Sequence record: NZ_CP154590.1
DNA length: 64,000 nt
Reading direction: 5' to 3' (one strand)
DNA from: a plasmid
The notes beneath the pieces are model-generated. The model was not told the DNA's origin, ran no database searches, and worked only from the letters and a program-made list of their open reading frames with translations. Numbering within the stretch: position 1 is the first letter of the stretch; each line of letters begins with the position of its first letter. This document shows, one piece after another, positions 31,390 through 41,104 of the stretch. Made by a program: the position numbers and the translations under genes.

Positions 31390-32052
31390 ATGACAATCAA
31401 GAATGGTAGCCTGCAGTATGTAGCAGTAAACCAAGCCTTTCTTAGGTTATTAAAACTCCCTTATGATTATCCTATTGTAGGTAAAACATTAGACCAACTT
31501 CCTACATCCTTAGCTTACCTTTCACAGCGAATACACAATCAGGAAGAACTTGTTATGGAGCATGAAGACCAGTTCTCTTCAATCGTTACGCATCCAATAG
31601 GTGAGAGCAACTCTATACATGCTTTGTACTTCGAGTCCCGGCCCTATTATGACGATGAAGGGATCTGTTCCGGTACTATGCTTCAGGTAAGACCTGTTGA
31701 TATTTTTGGACCAGATAGCTTACTGTCGGGAGACGTTCCCAAATCGTTGGTATATAGGGTACCGTCCGAGATATTTACTAATGCTGAATGGGAAGTCATT
31801 TTTTTAATATCTCTTAAATACAGCAGGAAAATTATGTCTCGGATATTAGGGACTTCTTTAAAAGCGGTAGAACACAGAATCAGCAGATGTCTGCAGAAAA
31901 CCGGGACCGCGTCAGGGGCCGAGCTAATAGAAGTTTGCAAGAAGAATAACTGGGATGCCTATATCCCCCCTCGATTTTTAAAGCCGAGATTTCGATTATT
32001 CAGAGCTGATCCTGATGCGTATCTAGTTGACTCATCACTAAGCAAACAGTAG
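31390..32052 (+). CDS. LuxR-family transcriptional regulator with an N-terminal PAS-like sensory domain (220 aa).
   Basis: The C-terminus ...EWEVIFLISLKYSRKIMSRILGTSLKAVEHRISRCLQK... is a GerE/LuxR HTH. The N-terminus has PAS-like periodicity. Confidence 0.55.
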   Translation: MTIKNGSLQYVAVNQAFLRLLKLPYDYPIVGKTLDQLPTSLAYLSQRIHNQEELVMEHEDQFSSIVTHPIGESNSIHALYFESRPYYDDEGICSGTMLQVRPVDIFGPDSLLSGDVPKSLVYRVPSEIFTNAEWEVIFLISLKYSRKIMSRILGTSLKAVEHRISRCLQKTGTASGAELIEVCKKNNWDAYIPPRFLKPRFRLFRADPDAYLVDSSLSKQ

Positions 32053-32503
32053 TCTTCAACAGTCATAGTAAATCCTGTGACCGGGCGTGAGAACCCGTAT
32101 CTACACGTGCACATAGACACGCATAGCGTGTTTTTTTGTGTACTGAACCAGCACATCTGTGTAATGGCGGTTCAGGTAGGGCAACCGTAAGGTTGGCCGG
32201 TACCGTGTAGGCCGGTTTCTCACCCCTGCCTGGGCTGCCACCAGAGCGTGAGAACTCCGTGGTAGCCGATATCATATCTACACGGGAGCTTCATCTACAA
32301 TGCTCAAGAACTTATCAAAGAATTCTCAATCCCCCTTAGCAAATAAACTTGGCTTTCAATGCCTTGTAGCTGATGTGTTCTCTAAACAGAACGCCCTAAT
32401 CCATACCACATATCACAACATGTTCAATGGGGTTTCTCCCCATTAAGGGAGATGCATTTTACGCGTAAATTTATTACGTACTGATTTGCCAGGGGACTTC
32501 ACA

Positions 32504-32764
32504 ATGATTAATGAGAACACTATTAACGCCCTGCATAGCGTTTTTCCTGAACTTTCCAAAAAACAGTTAGAAATTGTGACTCTGTATGCACACGGAAATA
32601 CATATGAATCCATTGCTGACATTTGCAATATCTCTGTTGAAACGGTCCGATCACATCTTAAGCGAAGCACTAAGGCTCTGAACTTAAAAAGCAACGATGC
32701 AATGCGGGCAGTAATATTGTCACGCTCATATTTTTTTATGATTTCATTAATGATCACAAATTAA
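32504..32764 (+). CDS. Small LuxR/GerE-type HTH protein (86 aa from MINENT).
   Basis: ...LSKKQLEIVTLYAHGNTYESIADICNISVETVRSHLKRSTKALN... Confidence 0.5.
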   Translation: MINENTINALHSVFPELSKKQLEIVTLYAHGNTYESIADICNISVETVRSHLKRSTKALNLKSNDAMRAVILSRSYFFMISLMITN

Positions 32765-32766
32765 TC

Positions 32767-32796
32767 AAAAAATGCACCCCTTAAGGGTGCATTTTT
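32767..32796 (+). terminator. Hairpin AAAATGCACCC-TTAA-GGGTGCATTTT, terminator-like on both strands.
   Basis: Perfect 11-bp stem flanked by A-runs and T-runs. Confidence 0.5.
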
Positions 32797-33047
32797 AAGA
32801 CTTGGACTATTTACACTTTACTTTGGTTTACTGGGATAGAATTATACGCGCAGACCTTTAAGTATTGCCGCCAATTTTACTTGAGGGTCTACCCTACAAG
32901 AGCATTCTGAGCTATGAGACCCCCAATACAGCAGGCAAACTTAAGTGTTTGTTAGTAAGACTGTTAGTCGTCATGGTTGAGTATGTTCGTCCCCGTTGAA
33001 CATTGAATTATCCCGTCATGGATCAATTCTGCGCGAAGCGTTCAAAA

Positions 33048-33557
33048 ATGAATATTGAGACTGTATGTAACCAACAATGGTATCTTGCTCTCTATATTAC
33101 GGGGGGCAAAAATCGCGAGAAATTATTCGGCTGGCTACACGACAGGAGAATTACTCCCTGGACGCCATTATCCTTAACGAAAATACGTCGTGCTGATGCA
33201 CCGCATGTTTTCAGAAAAAGGGTATCTGCAGTTTTTCCTGGATATTTTTTCCTAAAAGCCAATTTTGATGTTCAAAAGATAGATACTATTAGGGCGCACT
33301 CAGCCTTCTGCGATTTTGTGAAGTTCGGTAGCCAAATCACCCCAGTGAACACAAGGGTGGTTGAAGCATTAATGAAAAAATATCCCGACCCTACCCATCA
33401 CCCTGCAGCAAGGGATGAACTGGAAGTTGCATCAAATATTTGGCTTACAAAAAGTCAGTACAAACGCCTGACACAGCTAGAAAAAATGGAACACCCAATA
33501 TCCAGGACAGCGATGTTGTTCGATATGATCACCCATGCTGATGCATGGGGGTTTTGA
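33048..33557 (+). CDS. NusG/RfaH-family specialised transcription antiterminator paralogue (ActX/TraB-like) of the conjugation regulon.
   Basis: ...QQWYLALYITGGKNREKLFGWLHDRRITPWTPLSL...VFPGYFFLKANFDVQKIDTIRAHSAFCDFVKFGSQITPV... parallels the RfaH NGN domain (WYLLYCK...PLFPNYLFVEF...TRGVSHFVRFG). Confidence 0.6.
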   Translation: MNIETVCNQQWYLALYITGGKNREKLFGWLHDRRITPWTPLSLTKIRRADAPHVFRKRVSAVFPGYFFLKANFDVQKIDTIRAHSAFCDFVKFGSQITPVNTRVVEALMKKYPDPTHHPAARDELEVASNIWLTKSQYKRLTQLEKMEHPISRTAMLFDMITHADAWGF

Positions 33558-33611
33558 AATGTAATTTACCGTAGCCTCTTAAACTGGCCTTAACCAGTTA
33601 TCACTCCATCC

Positions 33612-33637
33612 CTTTTAGTTTCCCCCGTCTATGGGGG
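33612..33637 (+). terminator. Rho-independent terminator CCCCC-GTCTAT-GGGGG followed by a T9 run.
   Basis: Read directly. Confidence 0.6.
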
Positions 33638-33796
33638 CTTTTTTTTGCACCGTTTTCCGGCAATGACGTCTGGGCTGGTCCTACCCGATGAACAACCTCT
33701 GTTCCTTTAACCAGCCAGCACTCAGGCTTCCTTCATTCTGGCGGAATGAAGGTACAGACGTCATTGCCAGAAACCGGAACCTAAGAGAGACAAACC

Positions 33797-34477
33797 ATGC
33801 AATCCACCCAGGAACAGGTCAGCCATCTCTTGTGGTGCATTCTCGTTGCCTTACGTACGGCAGTCGAAAACCATCACATAACCTCAGAGCGTGGCAAACG
33901 TAGATTCATCACTGAATGGTTAAGCGGAGCAAGAAGAATACCGACATTCAAAGGAATGGGAAGCGAGTTCATGACTATCCGGCAGTTACTCGAAACCGAA
34001 AAAAAACGCTCCATTGATGCCGTACTGACTACGCTCTGGACGAACTCTGTATCAACCGGGAACTGCGATCTTTTTCGATTCCGGGCAGTACTTAATTCAC
34101 TTCTAGGACTTGGTTGGAAACACTGCCTCTGCCCCTGGCCTGAACAAGTTGTCACCGAAATCATGGAGCGCCAGCGCACTCGGAAGAATCACATCCTGCA
34201 GCTCACTCGTATGGAAGAAGCATTTACCGCAACAGGCTCAATGATTTCACCTGTCACATTTCAACTCCTGCTGAAAAAAAACGAGGACGAAGAAGTTGAA
34301 AAGTCTTTCTATCTCGATCGTTTCTCTGTTGTTCGAGGCCGGGACACCTCGTTGTCTAAAGCTACTTTACGCACTCTCTATATCGGACATAGTACCCTGC
34401 CGGAAACCGCATGGGGAGCATGGGGAGATCGAGAAAATGTCGGCAGCGGTAATCTCTGGCGGCCAGACCTTCACTGA
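33797..34477 (+). CDS. Hypothetical protein in the position of pilK (226 aa).
   Basis: Codirectional and immediately upstream of pilL. No recognisable motif. Confidence 0.45.
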   Translation: MQSTQEQVSHLLWCILVALRTAVENHHITSERGKRRFITEWLSGARRIPTFKGMGSEFMTIRQLLETEKKRSIDAVLTTLWTNSVSTGNCDLFRFRAVLNSLLGLGWKHCLCPWPEQVVTEIMERQRTRKNHILQLTRMEEAFTATGSMISPVTFQLLLKKNEDEEVEKSFYLDRFSVVRGRDTSLSKATLRTLYIGHSTLPETAWGAWGDRENVGSGNLWRPDLH

Positions 34478-34499
34478 CCGATAACAAAAGGAACAAACC

Positions 34500-35624
34500 A
34501 TGAAGTTTCGACCATTCACCCGGGACGTCAGCGTGCATAAAATTGCCCTGCCCCTGTTAATACCGTCACTGTTGAGCAGCTGCACGGGATTTCAAAACCG
34601 TAATGTCGCACCAGACACCCCTGCACTCGTGTTTGTAGACGGTCAGATCAGCGACAGCGCTGATATAATCAAACAAACACAACGACGGATAGCGCCTCCG
34701 GCCGCTACACCTGTTCCCGTACGACAGTCGGCAACTGCAGCGCAGTTATCGAAGACCTCGCCTTTACCTCAACCAACAATGCTGGCTTCCTCCACAAGTA
34801 AATCCAGCGCACCTGGTTCAGTCGCGAACCCATCACTGTCAACACTTACATTTATCGGCACACCGGGTCCCGTTGAAGTTCTGTCATTATCACCGGCGCG
34901 CAACCTCACACTCGAACAGTGGGTCAAACGTATCATTCCCACTGGCTGGGCACTCAACTACGAGAATGCACTGCGCCCTGTCCTGAATACCCGTATCGTC
35001 TCGGTATACACCAATGACCAGTGGACTAGGGTGCTCAACCGTTTGCTGGAAGAGCAATCAATCCAGGCGCAGGTGGACTGGAATCGTCATGCCGTCACAC
35101 TGCAGCGAAAGGGTCAATCTGCTCAGTTAAAAACCTCTGCGTCGTCCACTGAAAACCGAACAACTCCTGCCCAGGCAGCCGGCGTACCGAAAAACCCATT
35201 CAGCGGCCCGGATTCAGCCCAACCAGTAACGCAGGCAACTGTTAAATCTCCGGCCCCTGTAACGACAAAATCGGCGCAGACACCGGTAGCGGTGAAACCG
35301 CAGCCAGTCACAGGACAACCGATCGCACCTGTGATTCAGGGCAAAACCTGGACGGCACCGGCTGGTACAACTCTGCGGGAAATGCTGATGAAATGGGCAC
35401 AGGACACCCGCTGTGAATCTGGCGCTTCACCACACTGGACGGTTATATGGCCTGTCGCCGTGACGGATTATCGGCTTGATGCTCCGCTGACATTCCGCGG
35501 TTCATTTGAAACCATGCTCGGCCAAATGTTCGACCTTTACCGTACCGCACAGAAACCGCTTTATGCAGAAGCTTCCCGCATGCAGTGCGTGGTATCAGTC
35601 ACAGACACTCCGGCAGGTCGATGA
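34500..35624 (+). CDS. pilL: Thin-pilus lipoprotein PilL (lipobox LLSSC, TcpQ-like C-terminal domain).
   Basis: Signal peptide plus lipobox, Pro/Ser/Thr-rich middle, conserved C-terminus. First gene of a pilL-pilV set. Confidence 0.7.
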   Translation: MKFRPFTRDVSVHKIALPLLIPSLLSSCTGFQNRNVAPDTPALVFVDGQISDSADIIKQTQRRIAPPAATPVPVRQSATAAQLSKTSPLPQPTMLASSTSKSSAPGSVANPSLSTLTFIGTPGPVEVLSLSPARNLTLEQWVKRIIPTGWALNYENALRPVLNTRIVSVYTNDQWTRVLNRLLEEQSIQAQVDWNRHAVTLQRKGQSAQLKTSASSTENRTTPAQAAGVPKNPFSGPDSAQPVTQATVKSPAPVTTKSAQTPVAVKPQPVTGQPIAPVIQGKTWTAPAGTTLREMLMKWAQDTRCESGASPHWTVIWPVAVTDYRLDAPLTFRGSFETMLGQMFDLYRTAQKPLYAEASRMQCVVSVTDTPAGR

Positions 35625-36061
35625 TGGGCTGGGTCATACTGGCCATCGGTATGATATTTTTCCTTATCGCCGGTGATATAGATTCCCAGCGCAATCAGAA
35701 CAGTCGGACAGCTATACAAACACAGAGCGGCCAGTTTTATGCATCCCAGTTCCTGACCATCGCTAATCGTGTTAATGACTGGCGTTACAAGACAGGTCAG
35801 AAGGAGGGCGCCATTCCAACCGATCAACTGGGTCTTCCCTTCACGCCCGACAGCCGAATCCAGTACCGGTTACTTCAGAGCAGATTGTGGATCTGGATGC
35901 CGGAACAACCTGGGCTCGTTGATGCATTACGGGCACAGAGTCGCGGTTCGGCACTTATCGGCACCATGAGAAGTGGCCAGCTAATCTGGCTCTCCGGTCT
36001 TGCCACCGGACTCACGGCACCACAGGGCGTTTCTGAAGGCGCCGTGGTTTACCTCAACTAA
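35621..36061 (+). CDS. pilM: PilM (small inner-membrane pilus assembly protein).
   Basis: Start MMGWVILAIGMIFFL overlaps the pilL stop (ATGA). Confidence 0.65.
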   Translation: MMGWVILAIGMIFFLIAGDIDSQRNQNSRTAIQTQSGQFYASQFLTIANRVNDWRYKTGQKEGAIPTDQLGLPFTPDSRIQYRLLQSRLWIWMPEQPGLVDALRAQSRGSALIGTMRSGQLIWLSGLATGLTAPQGVSEGAVVYLN

Positions 36062-36075
36062 TCCGGATTTTCCCC

Positions 36076-37752
36076 ATGAAGAAAACCCTTTTGCGGCGCC
36101 TGCTGATGGCGTCCTGCTTTGCCATGCTCGCAGGCTGTACCTTCTCTGAAATCAACAAAATGCAGACGAAGGCTCAATCTGATGCCACGGTAGCCCGCGC
36201 GCAGGCGCAGCTGCCACGAACCCAACACCAACAACCACTGACCTGGACGGACCGGCAGTGGATTAACCCCAGCCCCATTCCTGTCGCCGTACGGGAAAGA
36301 AACCGCCAGGCTCCGTCCTGTAACATAACTCAGGCAAAAAAGAACATTACGCTGCAGGAACTGGCACAACGCATCACAGCTTTGTGCGGCACACCAGTCA
36401 TATTTACTCCTGATGCCATTGATATCAGCCAGAGTAGCGTCAGCACCGGCGTCACACGCCAGATGAGTGGCTCACTCCCCCCCCCTGATGACAGTGGGCG
36501 GACACCACTGGCAAGCCTGGGTGGCGTAACCTCTCCGGCAACAGGCGGAACCAGCCAGCCCCTGAATCTCACCGGATTGATGTGGCAGGGCGATCTGGGC
36601 GGGCTTCTGGATCTGATGGCCAGCCGTAGCGGTCTCTACTGGCGAATGGATAATGGCACCATCGTTTTCTACCTGATGGAAACCCGGACCTATTCGTTGG
36701 CCATGCTGAATACCAAAACGTCCAGCACGTCGAGCGTCAGTTCAGGAACGACCAGCAGTATGGGGGCCACCAGTGGCACGGATAACTCCGCATCCGGGGA
36801 ATCCACCACCTCCCAGAGCACAACTACCGGTCAGGAATACGATCTGTATGCTGATCTGCGCAAAGCTGTTGAGTCCATGCTGACTCCAAATAAAGGCCGC
36901 TACTGGCTGTCCTCGTCCAGCTCATCACTGATTGTGACGGATACACCTTCAGTACAGGCTGCCGTGGCCCGTTACGTGAACGAGCAGAATCTCATCATGA
37001 ACCGGCAGGTAGCGCTGAATGTTGAAGTACTGAGCGTCGGTAATTCACGAAATGAAGATTTCCGGATTGACTGGAATCTGGTCTACAAGTCACTGCATTC
37101 AGCTGGCGCAACGCTTAATAACGCTACCGGGGATCTCTCTGGCGGTATATCTGCCGGCGCATCCATTCTTGATACCGCTACCGGTAATGCCGCGAAGTTT
37201 GCTGGCTCCAGCCTGCTGCTAAAAGCACTGTCCGAACAGGGTGATGTCAGCGTCGTCACCTCTCAGTCCAGCACCGTGACAAACCTGACGCCCGTGCCTA
37301 TCCAGATGGCAGATCAGACGGTTTATGTGGCACAGTCGGCTACAACAACCACCACTGATGTTGGCGCCACCACAACTCTGACTCCGGGGATGATCACTAC
37401 CGGGTTCAACATGACCCTCCTGCCGTTAATTCAGGAAACAGGTAATGTTCAGCTGCAGGTGAACTTCAATCTGTCTGATCCACCTACTATTCGTAACTTC
37501 ACGTCAAAAGACGGCAACTCCTATATAGAGATGCCATATACCAAACTGCGCTCCCTGAGCCAGAAGGCAAACCTCCGGGCCGGGCAGTCGCTGATCCTCA
37601 CCGGCTTTGATCAGAACAATACCTCCGTCAATAAGTCCGGTACCTTCACGCCAGGGAATCCGCTCCTGGGTGGAAGTCAGTCAGGTAAAAACGAGCGAAC
37701 CACTTTGGTCATAGTGATCACGCCGACGTTCCCGCAGAACTCCGGAGGCTGA
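36076..37752 (+). CDS. pilN: PilN secretin-family outer membrane lipoprotein (558 aa).
   Basis: Lipobox LAGC, Ser/Thr-rich linkers, C-terminal secretin domain. Confidence 0.78.
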   Translation: MKKTLLRRLLMASCFAMLAGCTFSEINKMQTKAQSDATVARAQAQLPRTQHQQPLTWTDRQWINPSPIPVAVRERNRQAPSCNITQAKKNITLQELAQRITALCGTPVIFTPDAIDISQSSVSTGVTRQMSGSLPPPDDSGRTPLASLGGVTSPATGGTSQPLNLTGLMWQGDLGGLLDLMASRSGLYWRMDNGTIVFYLMETRTYSLAMLNTKTSSTSSVSSGTTSSMGATSGTDNSASGESTTSQSTTTGQEYDLYADLRKAVESMLTPNKGRYWLSSSSSSLIVTDTPSVQAAVARYVNEQNLIMNRQVALNVEVLSVGNSRNEDFRIDWNLVYKSLHSAGATLNNATGDLSGGISAGASILDTATGNAAKFAGSSLLLKALSEQGDVSVVTSQSSTVTNLTPVPIQMADQTVYVAQSATTTTTDVGATTTLTPGMITTGFNMTLLPLIQETGNVQLQVNFNLSDPPTIRNFTSKDGNSYIEMPYTKLRSLSQKANLRAGQSLILTGFDQNNTSVNKSGTFTPGNPLLGGSQSGKNERTTLVIVITPTFPQNSGG

Positions 37753-37753
37753 A

Positions 37754-39058
37754 ATGAATGATGAGGCTTACCTGTTTACAATCCGGGATGGAAAATCTCG
37801 CAGCCGTTACTGGCTGGCGGGAATGGACTGGGCACCAAAGGAAAGGCAGAAATTCCGGCTACCGTCATTTCAACTGAGAAAAGCACGGCCCGCCAGTACA
37901 GCAGGTATCGGTGTTAATGCTTCCAGTGAACGAATAAATGGACGGGACAGGCAGCAACAGGTAGTTGGGGGCGGCCGATTGCCAGCCCGTCATCGCCGGC
38001 ATCAGCTTTACTCACTGGCGCTCGCTTTTTGTGCCAGTACACGAAACGGATATGGTATTTACCGACTGAATAGTACTGATTTCGTGTTTCTGGCCAGCAT
38101 CAATGGTTTGCCTGCCGTCACCGCCGATAAAACGGGGGGCGCAGACAAAATGCAAACGCTGCTGACACTGTTCCTGAGCATGAATGAACCGCCGTCAGAA
38201 GGATGGAAGTGTCTGGCCACAGTGGACACCCCGCTTGAAGCCAACAGTCTCTTTACCGGACTCTCTGCGCGTAGACGACAGCAATGCCGTGTACATGTTG
38301 ATGGACTGCAAAGACAACGCTGGTTTTTAGCCAGCGCGATATTGCTGATGGGTACATTTGGCATTACCTGGTGGCAGGCTGCCACACCACCAGAGGAGCC
38401 GACGCTCACCGCCGAGGAAATCCAGGCCAGGGCCCGCGCGATGTTTGCCACCCAGGTAAAACCTCAATCTCTGCCTCACCCCTGGGCACACGAAGTCACG
38501 GCTACGGATCTTCTCAACGATTGTCAGAGACGGACCGATCCGGCGAAGTATGTTCTGGAAAGCTGGAAGCTGACATCCGGAACCTGTTCACCTGATGGGA
38601 TAACACTTCTGTACCAGATTATGCCGGGCGGTACAGTAGAGGGATTCCTGGCCCGCGCCCGGGAAGTTTTCGGTGTCACACCTGTATTCAATCTGAAAGA
38701 GGGGGGGCGGGAAGCCAGGGTTACACTGGCTCCCCCTGACAGCCCACTCAAAGATGAAGCCGTGCCGAGCAGCTCAACGCAGTTCATCCGTATCCTCTCC
38801 TGGTTCCAGCGACAGCAGGTCATGCTCAACATCACTGATGTAGCTGCACCTCCAGTCCTGCCAGGGGCGAACGGAGAGCCGCCTCCCGTGCAGGACTGGC
38901 AGGAATACGTGTTTAGTTTCTCCGCTCCCCTCCCCTCCATCATGTTATTCGACGGTCTGGATGAAACTGGTATCCGACTAACCCGAATCTCTTTCGAGCT
39001 GAATGGCAGTGCGTTCAGCTATACCACTGAAGGTAAAATTTATGCGTCAGCAAAGTAA
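37754..39058 (+). CDS. pilO: PilO (434 aa).
   Basis: Position and size match R64 PilO. Confidence 0.65.
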   Translation: MNDEAYLFTIRDGKSRSRYWLAGMDWAPKERQKFRLPSFQLRKARPASTAGIGVNASSERINGRDRQQQVVGGGRLPARHRRHQLYSLALAFCASTRNGYGIYRLNSTDFVFLASINGLPAVTADKTGGADKMQTLLTLFLSMNEPPSEGWKCLATVDTPLEANSLFTGLSARRRQQCRVHVDGLQRQRWFLASAILLMGTFGITWWQAATPPEEPTLTAEEIQARARAMFATQVKPQSLPHPWAHEVTATDLLNDCQRRTDPAKYVLESWKLTSGTCSPDGITLLYQIMPGGTVEGFLARAREVFGVTPVFNLKEGGREARVTLAPPDSPLKDEAVPSSSTQFIRILSWFQRQQVMLNITDVAAPPVLPGANGEPPPVQDWQEYVFSFSAPLPSIMLFDGLDETGIRLTRISFELNGSAFSYTTEGKIYASAK

Positions 39059-39542
39059 CTTTCTGCGACAGGCGACACTCTGGCTCCTGCTGCCAGTATT
39101 CAGTCCATTACCTGTTCAGGCCTCTCAGTCAACTAACCAGCAGGTATCACAACCAGCCGAAGTGACAAAAGGTCAGCTTGAGCAACTGCATATCCGAAAC
39201 ATCATCCTCCAGGCAGAAGTGCAGGGGGCGCAACTTCAGCGCCAGCTGGAGGAAAACCAAGCCGGTGCCGGTACCGTCGCCCCTTCCCTTCCTGGAGCTA
39301 TCGTCGGTGAGACTTCACTGCCCGGCCAACCTGCACGCACAGTTCCCGCAAATAATCGTCCTGTCGTGCTGGAAATCAACGGTCGCGACCAAAAACTCCG
39401 CGCCACACTACAACTACCATCAGGACAGTCACTGGTTGTATCGCCGGGGAGCCGTATTCCTGGTCTGGAGAGCACTGTCAGGAGTATTACGCTTGCCGGT
39501 GTCACACTCAGCGATGGCACTCTGCTTGCTTTCGGAGACTAA
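39042..39542 (+). CDS. pilP: PilP (periplasmic, signal peptide).
   Basis: Start at MRQQSNFLRQATLWLLLPVFS. Confidence 0.6.
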   Translation: MRQQSNFLRQATLWLLLPVFSPLPVQASQSTNQQVSQPAEVTKGQLEQLHIRNIILQAEVQGAQLQRQLEENQAGAGTVAPSLPGAIVGETSLPGQPARTVPANNRPVVLEINGRDQKLRATLQLPSGQSLVVSPGSRIPGLESTVRSITLAGVTLSDGTLLAFGD

Positions 39543-39544
39543 CC

Positions 39545-41104
39545 ATGAACGCTATTACTGCAGAATCCCTCCTGCTGTTTGATGACGGAGAAAAGAAAGA
39601 AATCCTTATCGACACCAACCAGCGAGGCGACCCAAGTGTACAGGCCGCGCTGATGGATTTAATGAATAAGCATCCAGGGATCAAACATCGTTTTGTTACT
39701 CTCTCGGACTTACGTGAGGCGAAAAAAAACCAGGCTGCTCAACCTCAGGCCAGCGATAAGGCTGGTTTGACGCTGGCAGATCTGGGTGGCGACAGCAGCC
39801 ACAGTGAGCAACGGATCCTGAACTATTTCTCAGTGGCCAGAAAGCTCGGCTCCTCAGATATTCACTTCCTGATTTCAGACTCGCTCTTCCAGGTCAAAAT
39901 GCGGGTTCACGGCTATTTACATGTGGTGGATGAACGTCAGAGAGAGGAAGGAATGTCCCTCTGTGCCACCTGTATTCTCTCTATGTCGGATGTGTCAGAA
40001 ACCAGTTTCTACCCACACCGTGAGCAGGATGCACGACTCTCTCCAGCCATGATGCGGAAAATAGGCCTGTTTGGTGCCCGCTACAGCCACCGTCCAACTG
40101 GCGATGGTCTGATTGCGGTAATGCGCCTTATCCCGGATGACGGCAATAACGTACCTGACTTTCTACAACTGGGGTATTTGCCCGAACAAATCAAGCTACT
40201 GATACGCATGATTGACCGCCCTGAAGGGAAAATCATTCTCTCGGGACCTACCGGTTCTGGTAAGTCCACTACGCTGCGTACCGCCTGTCGGGTATACCTC
40301 GATACCAACCCCGGGCAACACCTTCTGACCATTGAAGATCCGCTTGAGGGACAGGTCGTGGGTGCTGTTCAGACCCCGATCATCTGCGACAAATCTGATG
40401 AAGAAGCAGTACATATCGCCTGGGGAAAAGCCATCTCGTCAGCTTTGCGACTGGACCCTGACTCAATCATGATGCAGGAAATGCGCGACCTTATCTCGAT
40501 GCTGGCCACCATTTATGCCGCCCAGACCGGACACCTGGTGATGACTACGCTACACACAAACTCTGCACTCGGTATCCCGGAACGCATGGTTACGCTCGGC
40601 ATTAACGAAAATCTGCTGTGTGATGCCCAGTTATTGATTGGACTTATCAGCCAGCGCCTGGTGCCCACGCTATGTCCTGAATGTCGTATATCCTGGCAGG
40701 ATAAGGTCGCCAGCCTGACTCTCGAGGAAAAGGACTGGCTGGAGAAATACTGCAACATTGAAGGTATCTGTTCGACCGATAAGCTCTATTTCCACAACCC
40801 AGAGGGATGTGAAGCATGTACACAAGTGGTGGAGATAAACGGTCAGGTTCGCGGTAAAGTCGGTCAGGGGATCAGGGGGCGTACCGTCATTGCCGAGGTT
40901 ATCGAGACCAATAACCGTCTTTTTAAGCTGCTGAAAACAGACGGCAAAGTCGCGGCGCGCCAATACTGGATAAATCACATGCAGGGGATCAGCCGTGTCC
41001 GGCACGTCCTGCATAAAATCAACGAAGGACTGGTCGACCCGCTGATGGCCAACCGTATCATTCCGCTCGATGAAGATGAACGTCTGGAGGTGGATGATGC
41101 GTGA
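39545..41104 (+). CDS. pilQ: PilQ, GspE/PilB-family type IV pilus assembly ATPase (519 aa).
   Basis: Walker A GPTGSGKST, Asp box, His box, tetracysteine motif CPEC...C..C. Confidence 0.85.
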   Translation: MNAITAESLLLFDDGEKKEILIDTNQRGDPSVQAALMDLMNKHPGIKHRFVTLSDLREAKKNQAAQPQASDKAGLTLADLGGDSSHSEQRILNYFSVARKLGSSDIHFLISDSLFQVKMRVHGYLHVVDERQREEGMSLCATCILSMSDVSETSFYPHREQDARLSPAMMRKIGLFGARYSHRPTGDGLIAVMRLIPDDGNNVPDFLQLGYLPEQIKLLIRMIDRPEGKIILSGPTGSGKSTTLRTACRVYLDTNPGQHLLTIEDPLEGQVVGAVQTPIICDKSDEEAVHIAWGKAISSALRLDPDSIMMQEMRDLISMLATIYAAQTGHLVMTTLHTNSALGIPERMVTLGINENLLCDAQLLIGLISQRLVPTLCPECRISWQDKVASLTLEEKDWLEKYCNIEGICSTDKLYFHNPEGCEACTQVVEINGQVRGKVGQGIRGRTVIAEVIETNNRLFKLLKTDGKVAARQYWINHMQGISRVRHVLHKINEGLVDPLMANRIIPLDEDERLEVDDA

